43,856 bases of DNA from a virus. Position 1 is the stretch's first letter. Every line of letters starts with the position of its first letter. A model generated the notes under the pieces. It was not told the origin of the DNA, did not search any database, and saw only the letters and a list, made by a program, of their open reading frames with translations. The translations under genes and the position numbers were made by a program. This document shows positions 33,939 through 40,449 of this stretch, one piece after another. The DNA lies in the IMG/VR virus record IMGVR_UViG_3300010375_000006, positions 1 through 43,856 of that record. One strand, written 5' to 3'.

Positions 33939-34445
33939 ATGTATGATGGGGTCTCGCTCTCACTGGATGCCGTCAAGGGCTGGGGCGGCTGGTCCCTGTT
34001 CTTCCTTGCCATCATCTGGTGGATACGGGGAGCCCCTGATCGCAGGCGCGCGGCAACGGAGGATGCCGTCCAGCGCAAAAAGGTCGAGATCGAGGCGGAA
34101 GCTGCGCTTCAGGCCCGTAATGGCGAACTTATCGGCGCCCTCTCCAGGCGTATCGATCAAGTGGTGCGTGAGCATGAGGCGGACCGCAATAGCTGGAGCA
34201 ACGAGCGCGCCGCGATGCGGGCGGAACATGAGGCCGATCGCCGCCGTCACGATGAGGAACGCGAGCAATGGCGCCGGGAACGATCGCAGCTCCTCGAACA
34301 GGTCGACGGGCTTGAGCGCAAGCTGCAGTCCTATGGCTCGTCCGCGCTGCATCTGCAGGAGGGGCCGGTCAACGCGCCGACTACGATTGCGCGCCTTGTG
34401 CCGGATGCAGGCCCGGTGAAGCGCAACAGGGGCCCGAGACGATGA
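33939..34445 (+). CDS. Membrane-anchored coiled-coil protein (168 aa)
   Basis: TM segment WGGWSLFFLAIIWWI followed by a long charged helix (R/E-rich). Confidence 0.6.
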   Translation: MYDGVSLSLDAVKGWGGWSLFFLAIIWWIRGAPDRRRAATEDAVQRKKVEIEAEAALQARNGELIGALSRRIDQVVREHEADRNSWSNERAAMRAEHEADRRRHDEEREQWRRERSQLLEQVDGLERKLQSYGSSALHLQEGPVNAPTTIARLVPDAGPVKRNRGPRR

Positions 34446-34933
34446 CGAGCTACTTCGTCTCCCTTGGCGCCTGCTGGCTGGTCTGCATGTCGTGCGGCGG
34501 GTCGTACGAGCGCACCGCGGCAAGCGTCGTGCTTCTGAATGGGGTCGCGAACGAAGTCTGCGTGCGGATCAGCGGCGATTACACGCCGTGGATCTGGTTT
34601 CTGATGACCGACACGGTTGCCTGCCTGATCCTGACGGCGCCCCACAATGGGCGGTTGCGCATACCCCAATCGGGCACCGTGGGGGCGGTGCTGGCGGCGA
34701 CCTATGCCACGCAGATCATCATGCACCTGAGTTACGGAATGAGTTCAAACGGGCGGGCGTACACATACTGGCAGAGCCTTACAGCGATGGCCTGGCTGCA
34801 ACTCCTGATCCTTTTCATGGGGGGGATGTCGCATGGCTGTGGTCGTCTTGGTCGTCGGATACGTCGCCATATTCCCGTGGCTTCTCAGACGCATCTGGGC
34901 CGCGTGGGAACGGCGAACGAGGGAGAAGGCTGA
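34442..34933 (+). CDS. Multi-pass membrane protein (163 aa), holin/antiholin candidate
   Basis: About four hydrophobic segments, directly upstream of the endolysin. ATGA coupling. Confidence 0.55.
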   Translation: MTSYFVSLGACWLVCMSCGGSYERTAASVVLLNGVANEVCVRISGDYTPWIWFLMTDTVACLILTAPHNGRLRIPQSGTVGAVLAATYATQIIMHLSYGMSSNGRAYTYWQSLTAMAWLQLLILFMGGMSHGCGRLGRRIRRHIPVASQTHLGRVGTANEGEG

Positions 34934-35605
34934 ATGAGCGGAGGCCCCATAGACTGGCCAGCAACCCAGCGCCTGTTGGGCGTGACCCCCGATGGCATTC
35001 CGGGGCGGCAAACCTATCTTGCGATCGTCGATCTCGTCGGCCAGCCATGCCAGCCCGTCGCCAATTGCCTGGCTAAATTCGCCCCCAGTTACGGCATGAC
35101 GACGCCGCCACGACTGGCTGAGTTCGTGGCGCAGATCGCGAACGAAACAGGCGGCTTCACTGTCTGGGAAGAAAACCTGCATTACAGCGCGGCCGGGCTT
35201 CTGCGCACATGGCCATCGCATTTCAATGCGGACATAGCCGAACGGTGCGCCGGCCAGCCGCTTCTGATCGCGGAACGGGCCTATGGCGGGCGCATGGGGA
35301 ACGGCCCAGAGGGCTGCGGCGAAGGCTGGAAATACCGCGGTCGCGGCGCGCTGCAGCTGACCGGCAAGGACGCCTATAGCAAGTTCGGCAAGACGCTGGG
35401 GATAGACCTGACTGCCCACCCCGAGGTGGCTGCAGATCCCTATAACAGCACGTTGATAGCGCTCGAATTCTTCAAGGAATTGCACGTCAACGATGCGGTC
35501 GATGCCGGTGATTTCGTCAAGGCGCGGCGGCTGACGAACGGCGGATCGATCGGGCTTGAGCATGTCGCAGAGTTGCGCGCCAAGCTGCTGGCGAAGCTGA
35601 TATGA
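34934..35605 (+). CDS. Endolysin: PG-binding domain plus glycoside hydrolase family 19 catalytic domain
   Basis: LGVTPDGIPGRQTYLAIV is the PG-binding motif. GH19 motifs: FVAQIANETGGF..WEENLHYS...YGGRMGNGPEGCGEGWKYRGRGALQLTGKDAY. Confidence 0.9.
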   Translation: MSGGPIDWPATQRLLGVTPDGIPGRQTYLAIVDLVGQPCQPVANCLAKFAPSYGMTTPPRLAEFVAQIANETGGFTVWEENLHYSAAGLLRTWPSHFNADIAERCAGQPLLIAERAYGGRMGNGPEGCGEGWKYRGRGALQLTGKDAYSKFGKTLGIDLTAHPEVAADPYNSTLIALEFFKELHVNDAVDAGDFVKARRLTNGGSIGLEHVAELRAKLLAKLI

Positions 35606-35889
35606 GCCTGACCAACATCCTCAAGAATATCAATGGCGAGTTCGAGATCGGCCGCGTCTGGCTGTCGATCGGCACCGGATCAATGGTCGTCGCCCCTGTC
35701 GTGTTTCAAGGGATCGACACGTTCAAGAACGGGCATTGGGACCCGGCCGCATTCTGTGGCGGCTACGGCCTGGGCCTAGGCGGCCTGATCACCTCCGGCG
35801 TCCTCGCGATCGGCAACAAGGACAAGAATGTCGCCGTCGCGCGCCAGACGCAGGCGATGCCGCCGCTCAGCGATACGGAGACCAAGTGA
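35602..35889 (+). CDS. Holin candidate (95 aa, two TM segments)
   Basis: VWLSIGTGSMVVAPVVF and GGYGLGLGGLITSGVLAI. ATGA coupling to the endolysin. Confidence 0.6.
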   Translation: MSLTNILKNINGEFEIGRVWLSIGTGSMVVAPVVFQGIDTFKNGHWDPAAFCGGYGLGLGGLITSGVLAIGNKDKNVAVARQTQAMPPLSDTETK

Positions 35890-36131
35890 TGTTCAGCCTG
35901 ATCGCCCTCGCTCTCGCCAGCCAATCGGTATCGAAAGCCACTTGGGTCGATGTTTGTTCGGAGCGGGATAGCCCGCGCGCCTGCGCCCGAGCCATGCGGC
36001 GCTGGGACCGGATCGCCTACAAGGTCTGCGGCCCCGACGGCATGGTGGACTGGGATGGCTATCCCGGAAAACCGGCCTGCAACCGAAGCGGGTGGGACGG
36101 CCAGCGCTATCACCAAAAGGGGGCCGAGTGA
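35889..36131 (+). CDS. Secreted small Cys-containing protein (80 aa)
   Basis: Signal-like N-terminus MFSLIALALASQSVSKA. TGATG coupling. Confidence 0.5.
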   Translation: MFSLIALALASQSVSKATWVDVCSERDSPRACARAMRRWDRIAYKVCGPDGMVDWDGYPGKPACNRSGWDGQRYHQKGAE

Positions 36132-36544
36132 TGCCCATCTGGCTCCTCGGCGCCTGGCGCTTCATCCGCCCTCTTATGCCGTACATCGCCGCTGCGCTCG
36201 TCGTGCTGGGGCTGCTCTCCGCATACGGTCATCGGGAATATGGCCGGGGCAAGCATAGCCGGGACGCAGAGGTCGCGCGCATCACGCAGGACCGCGACAC
36301 GCACGCGGCGAACGAACGGATCCTGCAGGCCGCCCTGGACCGCCAGAACGCCGCTGTGGTGGCGTTGAAGACGGAAGCGGACCAACGGGTCGCGGCCGGT
36401 CAAAAGGCCGTCGCGGAGGTCCGTAAAGCGAACCAGAGCCTGCAAACACAAGCAGAGATGCTGCGCCGATCCGGCAACAAGGCGGTCCCGAAGGATCGGC
36501 CATGCGTGCCGAGCCCCGCACTCGTGATGGTGGGAAAGATATGA
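36131..36544 (+). CDS. i-spanin (Rz-like)
   Basis: N-terminal TM segment (IAAALVVLGLLSAY) plus a coiled-coil periplasmic domain. Followed by a lipoprotein gene. Confidence 0.7.
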   Translation: MPIWLLGAWRFIRPLMPYIAAALVVLGLLSAYGHREYGRGKHSRDAEVARITQDRDTHAANERILQAALDRQNAAVVALKTEADQRVAAGQKAVAEVRKANQSLQTQAEMLRRSGNKAVPKDRPCVPSPALVMVGKI

Positions 36545-36804
36545 AACGCGCCCTTGTCCTCGCGCTGGCCCTCTCGTCCTGCGCCACGCCACCAGCACCC
36601 CAGATCGTCACCAAAGAGGTGAAGGTCCCCGTGCCTGTTGCTTGTGTCAACAAAGCCGCGGTTCCGATCGAACCAGATGCCGTTGTGATCCCGCTGACGG
36701 ATGCCCGCCTCGCCGCCGACATCGCTGCATCTCAGGCGCTCAAATACAAGGCCTGGGGGCGCGAGCTTTACGCGCTGATCGTGCCAGCCTGTACAAAGGA
36801 ATAG
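36541..36804 (+). CDS. o-spanin (Rz1-like lipoprotein)
   Basis: Lipobox in MKRALVLALALSSC. Pro-rich mature N-terminus. 4-nt overlap with the i-spanin (separated architecture). Confidence 0.75.
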   Translation: MKRALVLALALSSCATPPAPQIVTKEVKVPVPVACVNKAAVPIEPDAVVIPLTDARLAADIAASQALKYKAWGRELYALIVPACTKE

Positions 36805-36808
36805 CGTC

Positions 36809-38107
36809 ATGCAAATCGGCGTCAACCTATCTCCGCCCCGTCCATTCGGAGAACAGATGTTCATGAACCTGATGCTCCAATCGGGGGCATTGCAGGGCGG
36901 CGGGGTCCAGGTTGTCGCCCCGGATAGGCGAGGGCTGGACTATGCCGTATCGATCCCGCCAGAGTTCGCAGGCATGGTCAAGCAGCAGCCATGGGGCCTC
37001 TCGATCGACCCCAGCGTAACAGCCGTCCCGAACATGATCTATGCCCGTAAAAGCGATATCGGGCTGATCAAGGCCGGGCAGGTATTCCGAACCCAACAGC
37101 TCAACATCCTTCGCCCCATGGCCTGCATCCGGTTCATGGATTGTATGGCCACCAACGCCAACCAGACGCCGTTCTACACCGCCTCGATCGGCGATACGTC
37201 CTACGTCCACGGCATGCCGGTTCCGGTGATGGCGATGCTGTGCAACACGGTCGGGGCGGATGCGTGGATCAACATCCCGGTCCGTATGTCGGATGCGGAT
37301 GCGAAAACATTGGTCGTGTTGTTCCGCGAGTTGCTGGACCCCGGCCTGAACCTCTACGTCGAGTTCTCGAACGAGGTGTGGAACGCGACCTATTGGGCGA
37401 TGCACTACGCCAATGAGCAGGGCAACGCGAAATGGCCCGCCGATCCTACAGCCAGGAAACAGCCCCCCAATGCCGGCCAGCGTTGGTACGGCATGCGCTG
37501 CGCCCAGCTTTCCGCCGCCGTAGCAGGCCCCGGCATCCGGTTCGTCATGGGTACGCAGACCATGAACCCCGGCCTCGCAAAGGCTGTCCTGCTGGGCTTT
37601 GACGAAGCTGGCGGGGTCAACGCCAACGTCTATGGCTGGTCGTTCGCGGCGTATGTGGATGGGGGAATCAAAGGCGACAAGCTGGTTGCCCTGTCGGAAG
37701 CCGGGGATATTCCTGGGGCGATCGATGCCCTGATGAACGATCCGGTCCGCGGCATGCCAAAGATGCGGACGATCTACACGCAGCAGGCCGCGATCGGGGC
37801 GTCCAGAGGATGGGAACCGGTTGTTTACGAAGGGAACACCAGCCTGATCGCGCGTGGTATTGCAGATCCGGCAGCGAAGGCAAAAGCCATTGCGTTCGTG
37901 AAGGCGGTGACCGAGGACGAACGCGTTGCCCCGGTGCATGAAGCCAACCTTGCCGCGCTGAAAGCCGCTGGCGTCGTCCTGTGCAACCTGTTCAATACGA
38001 GCGGTGGGCCGGGAGAATATGGTTATTGGGGGCTCGTCCCGTCATTGGATCATCCGGAGGGAAATCCAGCCTGGCAGGTGGCGCGGAAGTGGGCGCTTGC
38101 GGCTTAG
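36809..38107 (+). CDS. Putative (beta/alpha)8 clan GH-A-like glycoside hydrolase, no signal peptide
   Basis: YVEFSNEVWN is a candidate acid/base NE motif. WEPVVYEGNTS is a candidate nucleophile Glu. It is the last gene of the late operon, after the spanins. AAGGAA RBS. Confidence 0.5.
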   Translation: MQIGVNLSPPRPFGEQMFMNLMLQSGALQGGGVQVVAPDRRGLDYAVSIPPEFAGMVKQQPWGLSIDPSVTAVPNMIYARKSDIGLIKAGQVFRTQQLNILRPMACIRFMDCMATNANQTPFYTASIGDTSYVHGMPVPVMAMLCNTVGADAWINIPVRMSDADAKTLVVLFRELLDPGLNLYVEFSNEVWNATYWAMHYANEQGNAKWPADPTARKQPPNAGQRWYGMRCAQLSAAVAGPGIRFVMGTQTMNPGLAKAVLLGFDEAGGVNANVYGWSFAAYVDGGIKGDKLVALSEAGDIPGAIDALMNDPVRGMPKMRTIYTQQAAIGASRGWEPVVYEGNTSLIARGIADPAAKAKAIAFVKAVTEDERVAPVHEANLAALKAAGVVLCNLFNTSGGPGEYGYWGLVPSLDHPEGNPAWQVARKWALAA

Positions 38108-38283
38108 CCCTTAAGCACCTCATCAGTTCCATCCGGGTGTCTGTAAACAGGAATGCCGGGGTCGGAGGGGCGCTTGAACCACTCAAGCAACTTATCTGCC
38201 GCGTCCAAATCGTTTTGGGTTGTGTGTCCCGCAATAAACCCAAGCTCCCGTAGTTTGGCGACCAACGCCTCTCGCTCGCTCAC
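38104..38283 (-). CDS. Micro-ORF, 59 aa (not in track), last gene of the accessory operon
   Basis: My translation: VSEREALVAKLRELGFIAGHTTQNDLDAADKLLEWFKRPSDPGIPVYRHPDGTDEVLKG. AGGAG lies 8 nt upstream of the GTG. Its stop overlaps the stop of the convergent GH gene. Confidence 0.55.
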   Translation of the reverse strand: MSEREALVAKLRELGFIAGHTTQNDLDAADKLLEWFKRPSDPGIPVYRHPDGTDEVLKG

Positions 38284-38462
38284 GGCTTACTCTCCTGTTC
38301 AAGGGTGGATAGCAGTTCATTGGCAAGCACTGCCAACGCTGCACCCTGCATCTTCCGCGTGCCGTCCTTCTCTGCGTCTGCCTGCCTGTCGTATGCAAGG
38401 GCGCGATGGACGATGTCGAGGTGTAGCCTCTTTAGGATGGCGTCAAGGGCGGCGGTGGCCAG
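38280..38462 (-). CDS. Coding-like frame without a canonical start (CTG start or TGA read-through product)
   Basis: The frame is open from the in-frame TGA at 38475..38477: NRRELATAALDAILKRLHLDIVHRALAYDRQADAEKDGTRKMQGAALAVLANELLSTLEQESKP. It ends in a GTGA overlap with the next gene. Confidence 0.35.
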   Translation of the reverse strand: MATAALDAILKRLHLDIVHRALAYDRQADAEKDGTRKMQGAALAVLANELLSTLEQESKP

Positions 38463-38474
38463 CTCGCGGCGGTT

Positions 38475-38708
38475 TCACTTGGTCGCCTCTCGGATGCGGT
38501 AGTAGATAACATCTCCCGTCCCGAAACGGTGTTGCCATTGCCACGTATCAGCGCGTCGCGGACCGGACTGAACATGCAGACCATTGCGCATCATCCTGAA
38601 CCTCACTTCTACAAGCGTATCAGGCGGGACCGGACACTCTCCACCGCCCCACAGCTTCCAGCCGCGCCAATAGCCAGGAGGCACTTTTTCTTTCGGGTCA
38701 GCCATCAT
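38475..38708 (-). CDS. Hypothetical Trp-rich protein (about 77 aa)
   Basis: MMADPKEKVPPGYWRGWKLWGGGECPVPPD...TWQWQHRFGTGDVIYYRI. GGAGG lies just upstream of the tandem ATGs. The longest ORF extends to 38750 (TTG). Confidence 0.6.
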   Translation of the reverse strand: MMADPKEKVPPGYWRGWKLWGGGECPVPPDTLVEVRFRMMRNGLHVQSGPRRADTWQWQHRFGTGDVIYYRIREATK

Positions 38709-38774
38709 CTCCTCCCCGCACGGCTTCGGCGGTACCCAGCCTTTCCGCAAGCGATAGCAGATCCTGAGGGGTCG

Positions 38775-39023
38775 TCATGCGGGCAGACATTCGAACAGTT
38801 GACCATCATACGACAGGCTTGCGCGCATCGCGGAAACGCGCCTTTCCGCCTCCGCCTGATCATACGCCCAAACCTCGGTGGAATATGTTTTGCCGTCCAT
38901 CTCATAGCTGAGCAGGAAACAATAAAGCGGCCGGCCATATTCATCCTTGCGGACAAATTCAGAGGATGGCTGTGCCGCCGCATTTCTACGCGCCGTTAAG
39001 TCTATGATTTTGTCGTCGTCCAT
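38775..39023 (-). CDS. Hypothetical protein (82 aa)
   Basis: AGGAG lies 9 nt upstream of the ATG. No motif recognised. Confidence 0.6.
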   Translation of the reverse strand: MDDDKIIDLTARRNAAAQPSSEFVRKDEYGRPLYCFLLSYEMDGKTYSTEVWAYDQAEAERRVSAMRASLSYDGQLFECLPA

Positions 39024-39056
39024 CTCATCATCTCCTATACGGACGGGGGGAGGGGT

Positions 39057-39374
39057 TTACCCGATTGCCAGGATTGCAGCACGCCATTGCTCGATCATCT
39101 CGGCTGTTCTGGCCTTCATGTCGAACCGCCCGCAAATCGGAGCCTTCATGGAGGGCCCGCGCGATCGGCCCCTATCATGGTATTCCTTCGGGCAAGCTCG
39201 CGTCATCCAAAGACGGCACGAACCACACTGCCGTTGAGCATCCCGAATACGCGCCTCAAGCTCTCGGCGCTTCTGCTGGTTCTGAGACCATTGGCTGAGC
39301 GACGTCGCCCAATCCCAAAGCTCTGTCCCGCTCGGCGAAACTTCGCGTGGCGGTTCCGGTACATGCGCGCTCAC
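39057..39374 (-). CDS. Hypothetical Cys-containing protein (105 aa)
   Basis: CGSCRLWMTRACP...APICG. GTG start with a GGGAGGGGG stretch upstream. Confidence 0.55.
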   Translation of the reverse strand: MSAHVPEPPREVSPSGTELWDWATSLSQWSQNQQKRRELEARIRDAQRQCGSCRLWMTRACPKEYHDRGRSRGPSMKAPICGRFDMKARTAEMIEQWRAAILAIG

Positions 39375-39420
39375 ATCCCCCTCCCATCATATAATACAGG
39401 GGTGGGGGAGGGGTGGCGGG

Positions 39421-39615
39421 TCATAGAGGCACCTTTTCGAAAGAGGGGGCGCATCGCCCAACAAGCGGGAGCCACTGGTAGCCGGTAACCCGCATCCATG
39501 CGTGATGCGTGATGCGTTCCTGCACTGCCCCACAATTGGCGCAGCGGCGCTTGATGGGCCCCAAGATGCCATTTTCTTCGGAGGCATCGGCCCACCTGTG
39601 CTTCACGACCTTCAT
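39421..39615 (-). CDS. Hypothetical zinc-ribbon-like protein (64 aa)
   Basis: MKVVKHRWADASEENGILGPIKRRCANCGAVQERITHHAW. ATGA coupling. Confidence 0.5.
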   Translation of the reverse strand: MKVVKHRWADASEENGILGPIKRRCANCGAVQERITHHAWMRVTGYQWLPLVGRCAPSFEKVPL

Positions 39616-39716
39616 ACCAAAAACCCGATAGCCAGCCCGATGACTAGCCACGTCAAGCCGGACAGCACTTGAACCGGATCACGCCAATAGGCCCGCTCAA
39701 TGATAGTGTTGCTCAT
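39612..39716 (-). CDS. Micro-ORF, 34-aa membrane peptide (not in track)
   Basis: My translation: MSNTIIERAYWRDPVQVLSGLTWLVIGLAIGFLV. ATGA overlaps at both ends. Confidence 0.45.
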   Translation of the reverse strand: MSNTIIERAYWRDPVQVLSGLTWLVIGLAIGFLV

Positions 39717-40009
39717 GACAGGGTCTCCGCGTGCTCGGCTGCTCGGGCCTGATGCGAGAAAGTATGCACTTTCCCATCACGGCCGAATCCGCCGTTGCGC
39801 TTCAAATACATCCCGCACTCGTTAACGATGACGTAGCGGCGATACCGCCCCTGATAATGGGTTGCGACCGTGTACCGAAGCGCCTCGCAACCCCATGACC
39901 AGATCGCGCCAGTTTCAGGATCGCCGTCGTCACTAAACCACTCGTTCCGCAGCTCAAATGGCGTCTCCATCGGCGTGACCTGAATGCGGCGGTTGCGGGG
40001 CTGAAACAT
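39713..40009 (-). CDS. Hypothetical protein (98 aa), first gene of the accessory operon
   Basis: ATG 40009 has GGAG upstream. No motif recognised. The longest ORF extends to 40072, across the promoter region. Confidence 0.6.
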   Translation of the reverse strand: MFQPRNRRIQVTPMETPFELRNEWFSDDGDPETGAIWSWGCEALRYTVATHYQGRYRRYVIVNECGMYLKRNGGFGRDGKVHTFSHQARAAEHAETLS

Positions 40010-40025
40010 TGCCTTGTCTCCGTAA

Positions 40026-40083
40026 AGCATATGCTCTAAATACAGCATATGGCTTTGGACGCAATAGCGCATATGCTAAATAA
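40026..40083. promoter_or_regulatory. Three GCATATGC-type palindromic operator candidates within overlapping divergent promoters
   Basis: AGCATATGCT (40026..40035), AGCATATG (40044..40051) and CGCATATGCT (40068..40077). Plus strand: TTGGAC(40055)-16-TAAATA(40082). Minus strand: TTGCGT(40064)-16-TATTTA(40037). Confidence 0.5.
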
Positions 40084-40138
40084 TTCCACCTTGGATGAAA
40101 AAGGCACATGCGATACGCCCCGCCGCGTGGGCAGGCGC

Positions 40139-40282
40139 ATGGAATATCCTGAGAAGCGGGAGGCGGCGTTTAAGCCGGGGACGCTAGATCGCATCCAAGG
40201 GGCTTTGCGCGACGATGAAACACAGGTCGGCTTCATCCGCGAAGCCGTGGAGCGAGAGCTGGAACGGCGGGCGAAAGGCTGA
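40139..40282 (+). CDS. Ribbon-helix-helix regulator candidate (47 aa from ATG 40139)
   Basis: FKPGTLDRIQGALRDDETQVGFIREAVERELERR has the RHH layout. The longest ORF starts at 40049, which lies upstream of the predicted plus-strand -10. Confidence 0.5.
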   Translation: MEYPEKREAAFKPGTLDRIQGALRDDETQVGFIREAVERELERRAKG

Positions 40283-40296
40283 TCAATCCGCCCCAA

Positions 40297-40315
40297 GTGG
40301 GTAAAATAGTGGGCA
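40297..40315 (+). promoter_or_regulatory. Arm-type repeat pair (GTGGGTA / GTGGGCA), left of the attP core
   Basis: Direct heptamers at 40297 and 40309. Confidence 0.45.
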
Positions 40316-40337
40316 GGCTCTCTAGCTATACAGCCTC

Positions 40338-40361
40338 GTTCGAATCCCACCCTCTCCGCCA
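40338..40361 (+). other. attP core: 3' end of a tRNA (T-loop, T-stem 3' strand, acceptor 3' strand, discriminator G, CCA); Ser-like, tentative
   Basis: GTTCGAATCCCACCCTCTCCGCCA. The sequence 5' of it cannot form the T-stem or the rest of a tRNA. Confidence 0.7.
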
Positions 40362-40449
40362 GTAATCTTTCGCCGGGGTTCGCTGGCGACCGCATTCCCC
40401 TCCTGTAGCGCGACTTTTGTTCCACTGACGTTCGCTTGCGTTCGCCGCC

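Noticed and set aside
36827-37939. A 370-aa antisense ORF opposite the GH-like gene.
   Set aside because: It is a shadow frame with R/H/P/G-rich composition. The plus-strand frame has an RBS and enzyme-like motifs.
38475-38477. The in-frame TGA read as selenocysteine.
   Set aside because: I could not identify an obvious SECIS-like hairpin immediately downstream, and a small phage accessory protein is an unlikely selenoprotein. It is kept only as a read-through, CTG-start or sequencing-error question in the findings.
40321-40361. A possible complete tRNA gene at the integrase-proximal site.
   Set aside because: Only the segment from the T-loop to the CCA end is tRNA-like. The preceding bases (cagcctc) cannot pair with the T-stem 3' strand (CCCAC), and no D or anticodon arm can be drawn. 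It is an attP core, not a gene.
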